This document shows positions 29,369-40,081 of a DNA stretch of 64,000 nt, piece after piece (position 1 is the first letter of the stretch; each line of letters starts with the position of its first letter). Below the pieces are notes generated by a model. That model was not told the origin of the DNA, searched no databases, and worked only from the letters and a program-made list of their open reading frames with translations. This DNA is from Chthonomonadales bacterium (GTDB lineage Bacteria; Armatimonadota; Chthonomonadetes; Chthonomonadales; CAJBBX01), in assembly GCA_049967475.1 (NCBI GenBank), contig JBMFSQ010000006.1, positions 18,430 to 82,429 on the forward strand, written 5' to 3'. The translations under genes were made by a program, and so were the position numbers.

Positions 29369-30376
29369 TTAGGGCCGCACAACGACGCTCCAAACAGCGT
29401 AGATGCAGTAAAACGCTCCGCCGGCCAGCAGCTCCCCTACCGTTAGGCGTCCCCGCCACCTGAGGCCGGCCCACAGGGTTCCCGCAGCGGCAAGCGAGGT
29501 GCCGACGCACGCCAGGGATTGGGCATCCAGGTGCCAATCTGTAAAGAGGATGCCGATGGCCGGCGGGACACTGCTTTGGAACACCATGGCCCCGCTGATA
29601 TTCCCCAAGGCCAATGTGTCCTTTTTCCGTCTGATCCACAAGACCGAATTGAACTTCTCTGGCAGTTCCGTTGCAACCGGCGTGATGAACAAGGACAGGA
29701 TCAGCGGACGGATCCCCAGGGCGCGGGCTGTATGCGTGAGGGCGTCCACGAAAGTGTGAGCGCCTAGAACGAGCAGCGTCAGGCTAAGGGCTACTTGGGT
29801 ACCCACGAGCCACAGAGGCGGCGGCCCTGGTGCGCGGCGCAGAACGAGGCGTCCGGGGTGCTCCCGGATTTGCTGGGGAGGGTTGTGCAGGAACGTTGCA
29901 CGCACGTACAGGCCGTAGAGGCCGATCAATCCGGCGGCGACGGCCCACCGGAGCGCCGTAGAAGGAACGAAGGACGCTGCCGCAGCTCCCAGGAAGACGA
30001 TGAAGAAGTAGCGCAGATCCCTTCGCAGCACCACTTCATCCACGTGGAGTGTCTTGCTTCGACGCCCGTGCCGGGCGAAGACCATTACTGCCACACCCGT
30101 AACGAACATGGCGAGTGTTGAAAGCATCAGAGGAGCGCCGAGGATCGCCCCAATCCCCACGTCTTCACCTGCTCCGGTGCGGAAGCCGAACACAAGGGCG
30201 AGGATTGCGATGAGCGTTTCCGGAATGGTCGTACCCACGGCTGCGAGGATGCTGCCCACGGCCCCTTCCCCTAATTTGAGGCGATGCCCCGCCCATTCGA
30301 TGCCGTTCGTGAAGAGGTGGCATCCCATTAGGATCACCGCGAGACTAATCAGCAGGAGCAGCCAGGTTACGGTCAT
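29369..30376 (-). CDS. Sodium:calcium (CaCA family) antiporter
   Basis: Alpha-repeat motifs AVGTTIPE and VATELPE..N, LALGNISG, about ten TM helices. Confidence 0.88.
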   Translation of the reverse strand: MTVTWLLLLISLAVILMGCHLFTNGIEWAGHRLKLGEGAVGSILAAVGTTIPETLIAILALVFGFRTGAGEDVGIGAILGAPLMLSTLAMFVTGVAVMVFARHGRRSKTLHVDEVVLRRDLRYFFIVFLGAAAASFVPSTALRWAVAAGLIGLYGLYVRATFLHNPPQQIREHPGRLVLRRAPGPPPLWLVGTQVALSLTLLVLGAHTFVDALTHTARALGIRPLILSLFITPVATELPEKFNSVLWIRRKKDTLALGNISGAMVFQSSVPPAIGILFTDWHLDAQSLACVGTSLAAAGTLWAGLRWRGRLTVGELLAGGAFYCIYAVWSVVVRP

Positions 30377-31719
30377 GGGTTGCGTTTTTCCTTAATCGAG
30401 GTAAGGGAAAGGATCCAGGCTGTGAAGAGGAGCAGGCCGCAGCACACGAAAGGCACATAGTGGTTTGGGTGGTGCGTCTGCACAAAGGGAAGGGGGATGC
30501 GGGCGTGCTCATACAGCCATCCGCCGATCGGCGCGCCGATCATGGCTCCCAGTCCCTGGGCGGTACCTACGGCGCCCATAACGGCCCCACGCTGCCTAGG
30601 GTCGCAGGAGGTACTGATGAGGGCCATCCAGGCGGGAAAGGCTACTACGAACCCAACACCGATGAGGGAACCTCCCAGCACTAGAGCAATTTGGTTCTTG
30701 ATCAGGACCAGGGCCATCATGGACACCGCACAGACGCCGATCCCCAGGCGCACCGCTCGTACTTTACCCATGATGTCGCCCAAAGATCCCAAAGGAACGG
30801 ATGCGGCTGCGATTACGAGGGCGGGTACCAGCAGAAGCGCGCCGAAGCGTACTTCGCTCACGTCGAATTCCGCCATGGCGAAGAGCTTGATGATGAGCAT
30901 CACCATCCCGATGCCCAGGAAGGTAATGAACGTCATCAGCAGGAGCATCGGGATTTGGCGGAGAGCTGCACCGAGCGCTTTCAGGCTGAAGCCCGCCTCC
31001 AGATCGGTGTGAGCGTGGAGGTGGTGTGGGCGAATATCGGGTACCCGCCACAGCGCCACCAGAGCCGTTACCAAAAAAAGAAACGCCACGACGTAAAAGG
31101 ATGCCTGGCGGGGATCTATCACGTGTTCGTGGAAGTGTTTCGCCATGAATTGGGAATGGCGCGCCATCATGCGGGGGACCTTTTGCGTAAAGAGCGCCGT
31201 GATATCATTGGCTGCTCCGCCGATGAGGGGTCCCAAGGCAATGCCCATCAGATAGGTCACGTTGAAGAGGCTCATGGCTTGGGACCGGCGGTCCTCTTCG
31301 ATGACGTCAGCAATCATGGCGAGGGCAGAGGGCCAAAGGGCGGCGGCGCCGAGGCCGTCTAGGACCCGCAAGGCTACGAAGAAGTACCACTGATCTTGCC
31401 GTACGAGGAGGGTAAGAAGGGCGGTGACTACGCTCACCATGGGTCCGGCCAGGATGAGGCGCTTGCGGCCGATGCGGTCGCCCAATACCCCGAAGAAGCC
31501 CTTGGTGATGCCTTCACACACCAGGAAGGCTGTGCCGATTGCCGCCACGGATGCTTCGCCGTAGTGCATGCTGAATTTGAGGTACACCGGCATGGCCGAC
31601 ACGTTCATCACGGCGTAGGCGAGTTCCGCCACGCCCGCCACAGCGGCAATGGCGAACAAAACAGTGCGCGGAGGTGCCCCGGGGGCGGCCGGCGCCAGCG
31701 CTTTCAGGCGGTTCAGCAT
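30373..31719 (-). CDS. MFS transporter
   Basis: Motif A GVLGDRIGRKR and GSLGDIMGK, about twelve TM helices. Start could be 31773. Confidence 0.9.
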   Translation of the reverse strand: MLNRLKALAPAAPGAPPRTVLFAIAAVAGVAELAYAVMNVSAMPVYLKFSMHYGEASVAAIGTAFLVCEGITKGFFGVLGDRIGRKRLILAGPMVSVVTALLTLLVRQDQWYFFVALRVLDGLGAAALWPSALAMIADVIEEDRRSQAMSLFNVTYLMGIALGPLIGGAANDITALFTQKVPRMMARHSQFMAKHFHEHVIDPRQASFYVVAFLFLVTALVALWRVPDIRPHHLHAHTDLEAGFSLKALGAALRQIPMLLLMTFITFLGIGMVMLIIKLFAMAEFDVSEVRFGALLLVPALVIAAASVPLGSLGDIMGKVRAVRLGIGVCAVSMMALVLIKNQIALVLGGSLIGVGFVVAFPAWMALISTSCDPRQRGAVMGAVGTAQGLGAMIGAPIGGWLYEHARIPLPFVQTHHPNHYVPFVCCGLLLFTAWILSLTSIKEKRNP

Positions 31720-31842
31720 TCTCGATCCAGAACGTGACGGCAAAGGCACATCAGCTTCATCTGCCAAGAACAAGGATGTGGCGCAGCCCCCATTCTGACT
31801 GCGCCACGACCCGATTTGGGGTTGAGCACGATCACGGGGAGG

Positions 31843-32901
31843 CTAGGGGATGGCCACTTCCTTGCCTGCCTCGGAAGAGGCGTAGATGGCATCCATGATC
31901 TGCGCCACCATCAATCCGTGTTCGCCGGTGACCAGCGGTTCGCGCCCTTCAAGGATGCATTCGATGAACGACTTGATCTCAGCGGCGTGGGTGTTCACGT
32001 TGGCGCTGGGGAATTCAGGCCTGAAGATCTGCAGCGAGCGGTGGCGTTCCTTGATGATAGTGAGGGGATTTGTAGTGGCGCCGCCTTCGGTTCCGCAGAG
32101 TGTGCTGTTGAAAACATCCTCGGGGATATTCGCCGCGAAGCTGGATTCCAGCACGATAGAAGCGCCGTTGGCAAAGCGTATGAGCGCCGAAGCGAAATCT
32201 TCCACGGTGAAGTTCTTGTAGTCCCACTGGCCCATAAAGCCTACGATATCGCTGCGGTGGCCGAACTTGGCGTAGGTTACCCCCGAAGCTGCCGTCGGCT
32301 TGGGATGCCCCATGAGCCAAAGGGTAAGATCCAGGATGTGGACCCCGATATCAATGAGCGGACCGCCTCCTTGCTTGCTTTTGTCTATGAACACGCCCCA
32401 GCCAGGGATGCCGCGGCGCCTCAGCGCTTGAGCGCGGGCATAGTAGATCTCCCCCAGGTCTCCGCTATCCACGTAGGTCTTCAGAAGCTGGTTGCTGGGG
32501 GCGAAGCGGCTGTTGTATCCCACCTGGAAGACCTTCTTGGCTTTGCGGCCTGCCTCCACCATTTTGCGCGCTTCCTCGGCATTCATGGCGATGGGCTTTT
32601 CGCACAAAACGTGTTTGCCGGCCTGGAATGCCTCGACGGTTGGTGCCATGTGAAGGTAGTTCGGGGTGCACACCGACACCGCGTCCACTTCGGGCATCTC
32701 GAGCAGTTTGCGATAATCGGTGAATACGTGCGGTACGTTGAACTTTTGGGCGGCCTCTTTGGCTGTGTCGGGGTTAATGTCTGCCACGGCTACGATTTCG
32801 CAAAGATCGGGGATGGCTGCGTACCCAGGCATGTGGGCGTTCTGGGCGATGCCTCCCGACCCGATGATGCCGATGCCGACTTTCTTCTTTGTGCGCTTCA
32901 A
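31843..32901 (-). CDS. Gfo/Idh/MocA family oxidoreductase
   Basis: GIIGSGGIA, VCTPNYLH, HVLCEKP, GGGPLIDIGVHILD. AAAGGAGG RBS with TTG start. Confidence 0.93.
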   Translation of the reverse strand: MKRTKKKVGIGIIGSGGIAQNAHMPGYAAIPDLCEIVAVADINPDTAKEAAQKFNVPHVFTDYRKLLEMPEVDAVSVCTPNYLHMAPTVEAFQAGKHVLCEKPIAMNAEEARKMVEAGRKAKKVFQVGYNSRFAPSNQLLKTYVDSGDLGEIYYARAQALRRRGIPGWGVFIDKSKQGGGPLIDIGVHILDLTLWLMGHPKPTAASGVTYAKFGHRSDIVGFMGQWDYKNFTVEDFASALIRFANGASIVLESSFAANIPEDVFNSTLCGTEGGATTNPLTIIKERHRSLQIFRPEFPSANVNTHAAEIKSFIECILEGREPLVTGEHGLMVAQIMDAIYASSEAGKEVAIP

Positions 32902-32967
32902 CTGGCGCCTCCTTTGAACGTAATGTAAAATTAGGAGGGCAGGTCCTCCGATCTACATGTGCGGTCT

Positions 32968-33426
32968 TCAGCCCTCCTGACCCTGCAAATCTTGTGGGGC
33001 ACGGCCTTCACGCGCCAAGAGAACGCCCGCGATGCCTCCCAAAGCTGTGATGGGGATGCAGAAGGCGGAAATCAACCACGCCATAGCGGGTGCTGCTTCG
33101 AGCCGGCCCTGGAGTCCCAGCAGGAATGCAGCTCCGGCGAAGTAGACGAAAGATCCGGTCGCTGCAGCCGTCCATGCGCATCGGAGAACCACCGCCTCGG
33201 GCACCCTGCGGCGCCGCAGGGCGGGCACGGTTCCGTAGCAGGTGAGGGCACACGCTGCCGCCGGGTAGAGCCCCATGAGAGCCCAAATGTTCCCCGCCAT
33301 GAACCCGCACATTGGAAGATCCGGTACGCTGCCTGCTGCCTCAAAGGCATAGTTGATCAAGAGCATGCTGCACGCCACCAGGAGGGTGGAGGCAACATGC
33401 ACAGCATATACGTAGAAGCGTTGCAT
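32968..33426 (-). CDS. Hypothetical membrane protein
   Basis: GGAGG RBS before ATG 33426; four hydrophobic segments. Confidence 0.6.
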   Translation of the reverse strand: MQRFYVYAVHVASTLLVACSMLLINYAFEAAGSVPDLPMCGFMAGNIWALMGLYPAAACALTCYGTVPALRRRRVPEAVVLRCAWTAAATGSFVYFAGAAFLLGLQGRLEAAPAMAWLISAFCIPITALGGIAGVLLAREGRAPQDLQGQEG

Positions 33427-33476
33427 CAACTCTCGCCTCCCTGGCGCATAATCATGGGGTCTACCATTGGGGCGCA

Positions 33477-34139
33477 TTACGCCGGGATTGTATCATAATC
33501 GCCCGAGATGGAGCAACTACCGGGCATTCCATAATCCTTCGGTTGGCGCTTGGTCCGGCGCGGTTTTCCGCGCACTTGGTGGCAATGTCGGCACCTAGCC
33601 TCGTATCGCTCCGATGCGCCGATCAGGATGACGGGATCGTTCCAAGCGGCGGGCCGGCCGTCTATGAGGCGTTGCGTGCGGCTGGCTTCGGCGCCGCATA
33701 CCTGGCAGATCGCATGGAGCTTCACTACATTGTCAGCCCGGGCAAGCAGGCGAGGCATGAAGCCAAAAGGCTCGCCGCGAAAGTCCTGATCTAGGCCGGC
33801 AGCGATAACGGCAATGCCGCGGTCTGCCAGTGCATCGCACAGATCCACTATGCCGGCATCGAAGAATTGTACCTCCTCAATGCCCACCACTTCCGTGTCC
33901 GGTTGAAGGCTCTGTGCAAGCGCTCGGGCATCGGCGATGGCCTGCGCTTGCAGGTGCGCGCCGTCGTGGGTCCTTATGACGGTGGTGTCGCAGCGGGTGT
34001 CCAGGGCGGATTTGAAGACCTGAACCTTGCGCCGGGCATGCATGCTGCGCCGAATGAGGCGGATCAGCTCCTCCGTCTTTCCAGCAAACATGCACCCGGT
34101 GATTACGGTTATCGTGCCATTGCGCCGTTTCGCAGACAC
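33477..34139 (-). CDS. tdk: Thymidine kinase
   Basis: GCMFAGKTEEL, IEEVQFF, GLDQDFRGEPF, Zn-binding CQVC...YEARCRHC. Start uncertain (GTG 34139 or 34190). Confidence 0.95.
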   Translation of the reverse strand: MSAKRRNGTITVITGCMFAGKTEELIRLIRRSMHARRKVQVFKSALDTRCDTTVIRTHDGAHLQAQAIADARALAQSLQPDTEVVGIEEVQFFDAGIVDLCDALADRGIAVIAAGLDQDFRGEPFGFMPRLLARADNVVKLHAICQVCGAEASRTQRLIDGRPAAWNDPVILIGASERYEARCRHCHQVRGKPRRTKRQPKDYGMPGSCSISGDYDTIPA

Positions 34140-34326
34140 TCCAGCCCCCGACCGTACTTCCGCTGTTTCAACTGAGCTTCTATTCCGCACAGGGCTGTTG
34201 AATCCCTTTGCGGGTCCCGAGCGCTGAAGGGTTGCACCCGCATGACGGCTGTTGTGGGCGCGGCGCCGGTGCGCCCCGAGGAACGCAGGGTGAGGAAGAA
34301 GCGCAGGCCGCGCAGAGAGCTGAGCG

Positions 34327-35682
34327 TCACTCAGATGCCTGGGGTTGCTCCGTCTGAACAGGCGCAGGCGGTTTAACCGGAAGTGTCACGATGAAACGGC
34401 TGCCCTTTCCCGCTTCGCTCTCGCACGTAATGGATCCGCCGTGCAGTTCCACAAGGTGCCGAGTGAGGTACAGGCCAAGCCCGGTGCCTGGGATCTGGGC
34501 AATCTCCTGGCGCTCTACTCGTTCGAAGCGCTGGAAGAGCTTGGCAAGCTGTTCCTGCGTCATCCCTACGCCGTGATCCTCCACTACGATGCGTACGGAA
34601 CCGTTCAGAGCATCCGCTTGGATGGAGATCTCTCCTCCGTTGGGTGAATACTTCACCGCGTTGGTGAGCAGGTTATCCAAAATCTGGCTGAGCTTGTCGG
34701 CGTCCGCTTCGATTTCAGGCAGATCGTCGGGCACAGACACAGTGATGGAGTGGGCCTCGGTCCAAAACTTGTAGAAGCGTATGGCGCGTGCGGCCTTTCG
34801 AATGAGGTTCGCCAGGGACACGGGTCTTACCGCAAGAGTGATGGGCTTGCCTGCTTCCAGGCGCGAGGAGTCGAGGAGGTCATTGATGAGGCCGAGCATC
34901 CTGGTGGTTTCAGCCTCGATGATGTCGTAGAATTCGTTGCGCGTTTGGGCGTCCAGCTTCCCGTCGGCCTGGAGGGTTTGTATAAACCCGCGGATCGTCG
35001 TAAGCGGATTACGCAATTCATGGGACACGTAGGAAATGAACTCATTCTTTAGCCGCGCCGCCTCCTCGAGGGCCAGGCGCTGGGTTTCTTCCTTGTGGAG
35101 CTTCTGCTGGAGCTGGATGCGCTCCTCCATAGATTTCCGCAGGTTCTCGTAGAGGCGTGCATTCTCAACTGCGGTGGCCGCTTGGTTCGCGAAGGCTGTA
35201 AGCATCTCCACATGCTGCTCATTGAAGATGCCTGTCTTTGCGCGGTTGTCCAGATAGATCACGCCGATCGGGCGCCCCTGGGCGATGAGGGGCACGCACA
35301 ATACGGATCGAACCTGCGCAAGCCTCACGCTGGTATGGGAGGCGAACCGGGGATCCTGCAATGCATCCAGCGAAAGGACGGGCTCTTGGGTGCGCAAGGC
35401 ATGTTCCACGATGGTGCGGCTGATCTGGGCGGCGTTGCTGGGGTCCTTGCCTGTGAGCCCCAGCTCCAAGGCGACGGGGTCAATGTCGTGCGTGGCCTTG
35501 CCGACAACGCGCCCCGACCCGGGCTCCACAATCAGGATGAAGCCGCGTTCTGCGTGGACGAAGCGAACGACCTCATCAATGGCCGTACGCAGCACTTGGG
35601 ACAGGTCCAGCGAGGAGTTGAGCACCTGTCCCAATTCCAGAAGCGTGCGCAGATAGGATGTGGATCTGTCGGTATCGGACAT
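34327..35682 (-). CDS. Cytoplasmic GAF-domain sensor histidine kinase
   Basis: GAF domain (SVLCVPL...GVIYLDN), H-box SHELRNPL, N-box NAVKYS, G1 DHGVG, G2 GTGLGL. Confidence 0.92.
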   Translation of the reverse strand: MSDTDRSTSYLRTLLELGQVLNSSLDLSQVLRTAIDEVVRFVHAERGFILIVEPGSGRVVGKATHDIDPVALELGLTGKDPSNAAQISRTIVEHALRTQEPVLSLDALQDPRFASHTSVRLAQVRSVLCVPLIAQGRPIGVIYLDNRAKTGIFNEQHVEMLTAFANQAATAVENARLYENLRKSMEERIQLQQKLHKEETQRLALEEAARLKNEFISYVSHELRNPLTTIRGFIQTLQADGKLDAQTRNEFYDIIEAETTRMLGLINDLLDSSRLEAGKPITLAVRPVSLANLIRKAARAIRFYKFWTEAHSITVSVPDDLPEIEADADKLSQILDNLLTNAVKYSPNGGEISIQADALNGSVRIVVEDHGVGMTQEQLAKLFQRFERVERQEIAQIPGTGLGLYLTRHLVELHGGSITCESEAGKGSRFIVTLPVKPPAPVQTEQPQASE

Positions 35683-35855
35683 GGCTGTTTTGTCGGCGGC
35701 TGCGAAATGTACCTTCCTTTACCTGGCCTATGCTTTCGTGGTTACATTCCAGCGGTGGTTGCGCTGGCGCGCGCTTTGCGTGTGTTTGCGCGTCCACGGG
35801 TTGCCCCTGGACCCTGGGCAGGAAAAACCATCTGGAGTTCGGTTGCGCAGAATAT

Positions 35856-36137
35856 TCAAAGGATCTCGAGGTGGGCCTCCTCGACAATGATCTGCGGATT
35901 GGCTTCCAGGTGGCTCAGGACATGATCCAGAATGCTGTTGGCATGCCGGTTGCTGTTGGACACGCACGCGATGCCCAAAGTTGCTAATTCGTGGGCATCC
36001 AGGTGATCTACTTCGGCGATGGCTACGTTGAAGCGGCGGCGTGCGCCATCTACGATGCTTTTGAGCACGTGGCGCTTATCCTTGAGTGAAGCCGCTTCGC
36101 ACACCCGCAGGGTGACCGTGAGCGCGCCGATATGCAT
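35856..36137 (-). CDS. DUF503 (YlxP-like) protein
   Basis: SLKDKR...RRRFNVAIAEVD motif; immediately downstream of infB, its usual context. Confidence 0.88.
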   Translation of the reverse strand: MHIGALTVTLRVCEAASLKDKRHVLKSIVDGARRRFNVAIAEVDHLDAHELATLGIACVSNSNRHANSILDHVLSHLEANPQIIVEEAHLEIL

Positions 36138-36179
36138 GGGGGAAACCCTCCGCCGCGACGCGAGGGGCAAACCGAGGGG

Positions 36180-38114
36180 CTACGGTTCCACCCGCCGCGT
36201 TTCGAAGCACTCGAGAATATCGCCCTCTTGAACGTCGTTGAAGTCACTCACGACGATTCCGCATTCAAACCCCTGGGCCATCTCTCTCACGTCGTCTTTG
36301 AGGTGTTTGAGCGATGAGATCTTGCCTGTAAAGACCACGTCGGCGCCCCGGCGTACCCGAACGTCGGCATTCCGCACGATTTTGCCTTCCGACACGTAGC
36401 ACCCCGCAATGACGATGCCCTTAGGTGTACGGAACAACCGTCGCACCTCCGCTTTGCCCAGAATGCTCTCTTCATAAACGGGTTCCAGCATCCCCTTGAT
36501 GGCGCGTTCGATATCTTCGGTCAGCTCGTAGATGATCTGATAGGTGCGCACATCTACGTGTTCGCGTTCGGCGGCCATCTGGGCCGGCTGATCTGCCCGC
36601 ACATTGAAGCCGATAACTACGGCTTCGGATGCCGCGGCGAGCATGATGTCGCTTTCCCCAATATTGCCGACCCCGCTATGGATAATCCGGATGGTTACCT
36701 CGTCCTGGGGGATCTGCTGAAGCTGGCTGACCACGGCTTCAACAGAACCCTGCACGTCGCCCTTTACGATGAGGTTGAGTTCCTTGACTTCACCCTCCTT
36801 GATGCGGCGGTACACATCCTCGAGGGTGGGTTTGACGGTCTTAGCGAGGTGGAGCAGGCGCTGTTGTTCTTGCCGGTTTGTTGCGATTTGGCGCGCGGTA
36901 CGTTCGTCTTTTACGACCTCCAGGATGTCGCCAGGCCGCGGGACCACAGAAAGGCCGGTGACTTCTACGGGAGTAGCGGGAGTTGCCTTGTTGAGGCGCT
37001 CTCCGCGGTCGTTCATCATGGCGCGGATCTTCCCATGGGCGATGCCGCACACCACCGCCTCGCCGACGCGAAGAGTACCTTCTCGAACCAACACCGTCGC
37101 CACGGGTCCCCGGCCCACCTCCTGCTTCGCCTCGATGATGACGCCGGTGGGCTTGGCGTGGGGGTCCGCCTTGAGATCCATGAGATCGGCTTGGAAGAGG
37201 ATATGGGCCAGGAGGTCCTCAATGCCTTGGCGTGTCTTGGCCGACACTAGGACGCAATCGGTTTCACCGCCGAAATCGGTGGGGACGAGCCCCTGCTCCG
37301 CAAGTTGCACCTTCACCCGCTCGGGGTTTGCGTCGGGTTTGTCTATCTTGTTGATGGCGACGATGATGGGGACCGAGGCGGCACGCGCGTGGGAGATGGC
37401 TTCGAGGGTCTGCGGCATAATGCCGTCATCGGCGGCAACCACCAGGATCGTGATATCGGTCACGCTGGCTCCGCGGGCTCTCATGGCGGTGAATGCTGCA
37501 TGGCCCGGGGTGTCCAAAAAGGTGATCTTGCGGCGCGAGCCTTCGTGTTCCACCTCCACCTGGTAAGCCCCGATGTGCTGGGTGATGCCTCCGAATTCCC
37601 CTTCCACAACGTTCGTGTGCCGGATGGCGTCCAGCAGTGTGGTTTTGCCGTGATCCACATGGCCCATTATGGTAACCACGGGCGGTCTTTGAACCAGAGC
37701 GCCGCCGGGTGCCTTGTGTTTGGGAGGTGGGGGTGCAGGCTGGGTTCGCGTGTCAACCTTGACGCGCAGAGCGAAACCATACACGCTTGCGAGTTTGCGG
37801 GCGGCATCCGGGCTCAGGCGCTGGTTGACCGCGGCCAACACGCCCATGCTCATCAGCTTCTTTTGCACGTCGGCCGGGGGGACGCCCATGGCAACGGCGA
37901 GATCCTTCACCGTTCCGCCCAGTGGAAATTCCACCGACTTGGAGTCATCGGCAGGCTTCCCCAAAAGCTCGCGCACGGTTTGAGCCGTGTCGGCATCTAG
38001 GATCGCAGCAGGACCCGGTACCGACACCCCCAAGTCGTTGAGCGTGTTTACCAGATCGGCATGGGGGACCTGCAGTTCCTGCGCCAGATCGCTCACGCGC
38101 ACACCCATTGCCAT
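36180..38114 (-). CDS. infB: Translation initiation factor IF-2
   Basis: Motifs RPPVVTIMGHVDHGKTTLLD, GGITQHIGAY, DTPGH, NKID, KGDVQGSVEA, GFECGI. Confidence 0.98.
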   Translation of the reverse strand: MAMGVRVSDLAQELQVPHADLVNTLNDLGVSVPGPAAILDADTAQTVRELLGKPADDSKSVEFPLGGTVKDLAVAMGVPPADVQKKLMSMGVLAAVNQRLSPDAARKLASVYGFALRVKVDTRTQPAPPPPKHKAPGGALVQRPPVVTIMGHVDHGKTTLLDAIRHTNVVEGEFGGITQHIGAYQVEVEHEGSRRKITFLDTPGHAAFTAMRARGASVTDITILVVAADDGIMPQTLEAISHARAASVPIIVAINKIDKPDANPERVKVQLAEQGLVPTDFGGETDCVLVSAKTRQGIEDLLAHILFQADLMDLKADPHAKPTGVIIEAKQEVGRGPVATVLVREGTLRVGEAVVCGIAHGKIRAMMNDRGERLNKATPATPVEVTGLSVVPRPGDILEVVKDERTARQIATNRQEQQRLLHLAKTVKPTLEDVYRRIKEGEVKELNLIVKGDVQGSVEAVVSQLQQIPQDEVTIRIIHSGVGNIGESDIMLAAASEAVVIGFNVRADQPAQMAAEREHVDVRTYQIIYELTEDIERAIKGMLEPVYEESILGKAEVRRLFRTPKGIVIAGCYVSEGKIVRNADVRVRRGADVVFTGKISSLKHLKDDVREMAQGFECGIVVSDFNDVQEGDILECFETRRVEP

Positions 38115-38278
38115 TACAGATCACCTCATTTCCATTTTCTCCATACGCATCCTCGCGGGGCCAGCGTTCGGGGTGCTGGGCCGTTGTGCAGGAGGAACAT
38201 CGCCGGCGGTTGCAGGGCCGGAAGACAACAAAAGAGTGGGCGCCGGCCCACCCTGTTGCGTGCAGACACGTCGCCATG

Positions 38279-38289
38279 ATTATACCACA
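38279..38289 (-). promoter_or_regulatory. Extended -10 promoter element upstream of infB
   Basis: Minus strand TGTGGTATAAT; no clear -35. Confidence 0.55.
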
Positions 38290-38360
38290 CCGCACCGGGT
38301 GTGCGCGGCCTCTGAGCCGAACGTTCGGAACGGGTCGTATTGGCGCAGGGTTGATCCCCG

Positions 38361-39848
38361 TCACTCGTCGGGGTTGCGGAGATACTCCGAGCTATAGTTG
38401 GGGGGCTCCTTGGTGATCCATACGTCGTGCACGTGGCTCTCACGGATGCTCGCACCGGACACCCGCATGAAGCGGGCGCGCTGCTGCAGTTCCGGGATCG
38501 TGCGGGCGCCCACATAACCCATTCCCGATCGGATGCCGCCCAGAAGTTGGTGGATCGTGTCGCTGAGGGCTCCCTTGTAAGGGACGCGGCCTTCGATGCC
38601 TTCCGGCACGAGGCGGGCCATGGGATCTTGGCCGTATCGGTCGCTGGAACCTTCCCGCATCGCCGCTTCGGAACCCATGCCCCGGTAGTCTTTGTACGCG
38701 CGGCCTTGATAAAGCACCACTTCGCCCGGCGCCTCGTCGGTTCCGGCCAAGAGGTTCCCCACCATGATGGCTGCGGCTCCTGCAGCCAGCGCCTTGGTGG
38801 CATCTCCCGAGAAGCGAATGCCGCCGTCTGCGATGATGGGTAGATCATAGCGGCGCGCTGCTCGGGCGCACTCGAGGATGGCCGTAAGCTGCGGAACCCC
38901 AACTCCAGACACCACGCGCGTCGTGCAGATGGATCCTGCGCCCAATCCCACGCGGATGCCGTCGGCGCCGGCTTCGGCTAGAGCTTGGACCCCTTCAGCA
39001 GTTGCCACGTTGCCGGCAATGACGGGGAGGTTGGGGAATTCCGCCTTGAGAGCGCGCACGGCGTTGATCACTCCGATGGAGTGGCCATGGGCCGCATCCA
39101 CCACGATCACGTCCACTCCAGCTTCATGAAGCGCCGCGGCCCGGCCAACGGGATCGCGAAGGGGGCCGATGGCAGCCCCTACCCGCAGGCGGCCCCGGCT
39201 GTCTTTCGTGGCGTTCGGGTATTCGCGAACCTTTTGAATGTCTTTGATCGTGATGAGGCCCAGGAGCTTGTAATGGTCGTCCACAATGGGAAGCTTCTCG
39301 ATGCGATGTTCCTGGAGAATGGCCTGAGCCTGTTCGAGTGTCGTGCCGGTAGGAGCCGTGATGAGCTTGTGGCGAGGCGTCATCAGCTCGGAGATAGGGC
39401 GGTGGTAATTGGTCTCGAAGCGAATGTCTCGGTTCGTAAGGATGCCCACTAGGGTGCCGCTTTCATCGGTTACGGGTACGCCGGATATGTGGTAGCGTTC
39501 CATAAGGCCGAGGGCATCGCGGATGGTCCGGTCTGGGGTGAGGGAGATTGGGTCCACGATGATGCCGTGCTCAGACCTCTTGACTTTGTCCACTTCAGCG
39601 GCCTGGGCTGCAACGCTCATATTGCGGTGGATGATGCCGATGCCGCCCTCTCGGGCCATTGCGATGGCCATGCGCGCTTCGGTCACGCGGTCCATTGGCG
39701 ACGAGAGGATGGGCGCCCGAAGCTCGATATCCCGGGCGATTACCGTGCGCGTGTCTACTTCGGCGGGAGTGATCTGCGTGTCCATCGGGATGATGAGCAC
39801 GTCGTCGAAGCTGAAGCCGTCCTTTAGAAGCAGATCCGCTTGCTGCAT
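38361..39848 (-). CDS. guaB: IMP dehydrogenase
   Basis: Motifs SFDDVL, SSPMD, CBS pair, GAGSICTTR (catalytic Cys), ADGGI, YRGMGS, PEGIEG. Confidence 0.97.
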   Translation of the reverse strand: MQQADLLLKDGFSFDDVLIIPMDTQITPAEVDTRTVIARDIELRAPILSSPMDRVTEARMAIAMAREGGIGIIHRNMSVAAQAAEVDKVKRSEHGIIVDPISLTPDRTIRDALGLMERYHISGVPVTDESGTLVGILTNRDIRFETNYHRPISELMTPRHKLITAPTGTTLEQAQAILQEHRIEKLPIVDDHYKLLGLITIKDIQKVREYPNATKDSRGRLRVGAAIGPLRDPVGRAAALHEAGVDVIVVDAAHGHSIGVINAVRALKAEFPNLPVIAGNVATAEGVQALAEAGADGIRVGLGAGSICTTRVVSGVGVPQLTAILECARAARRYDLPIIADGGIRFSGDATKALAAGAAAIMVGNLLAGTDEAPGEVVLYQGRAYKDYRGMGSEAAMREGSSDRYGQDPMARLVPEGIEGRVPYKGALSDTIHQLLGGIRSGMGYVGARTIPELQQRARFMRVSGASIRESHVHDVWITKEPPNYSSEYLRNPDE

Positions 39849-39966
39849 GACGTTACCTCTAGGCTAAGTGGCGGCGTTCCAGGCGGGCCCACGCGTCATT
39901 CCCGCGTCTAAAGCGTCGAAGGGAGAGTGGGCCTGTTTTGGAGCGGCCTCCAAAGGTTATTCTGCC

Positions 39967-39975
39967 ATTATACCA
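39967..39975 (-). promoter_or_regulatory. Extended -10 promoter element upstream of guaB
   Basis: Minus strand TGGTATAAT. Confidence 0.5.
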
Positions 39976-40081
39976 CGCTGCGACGCTCCGCGGCGGCCGG
40001 GAGGGGGACGGCATGGCGCCGGCGAATTTGACAGCGATTGGTCGTTGCCCGCTTCAATCGGGGCGAAAGGAGGGGGCGCTG

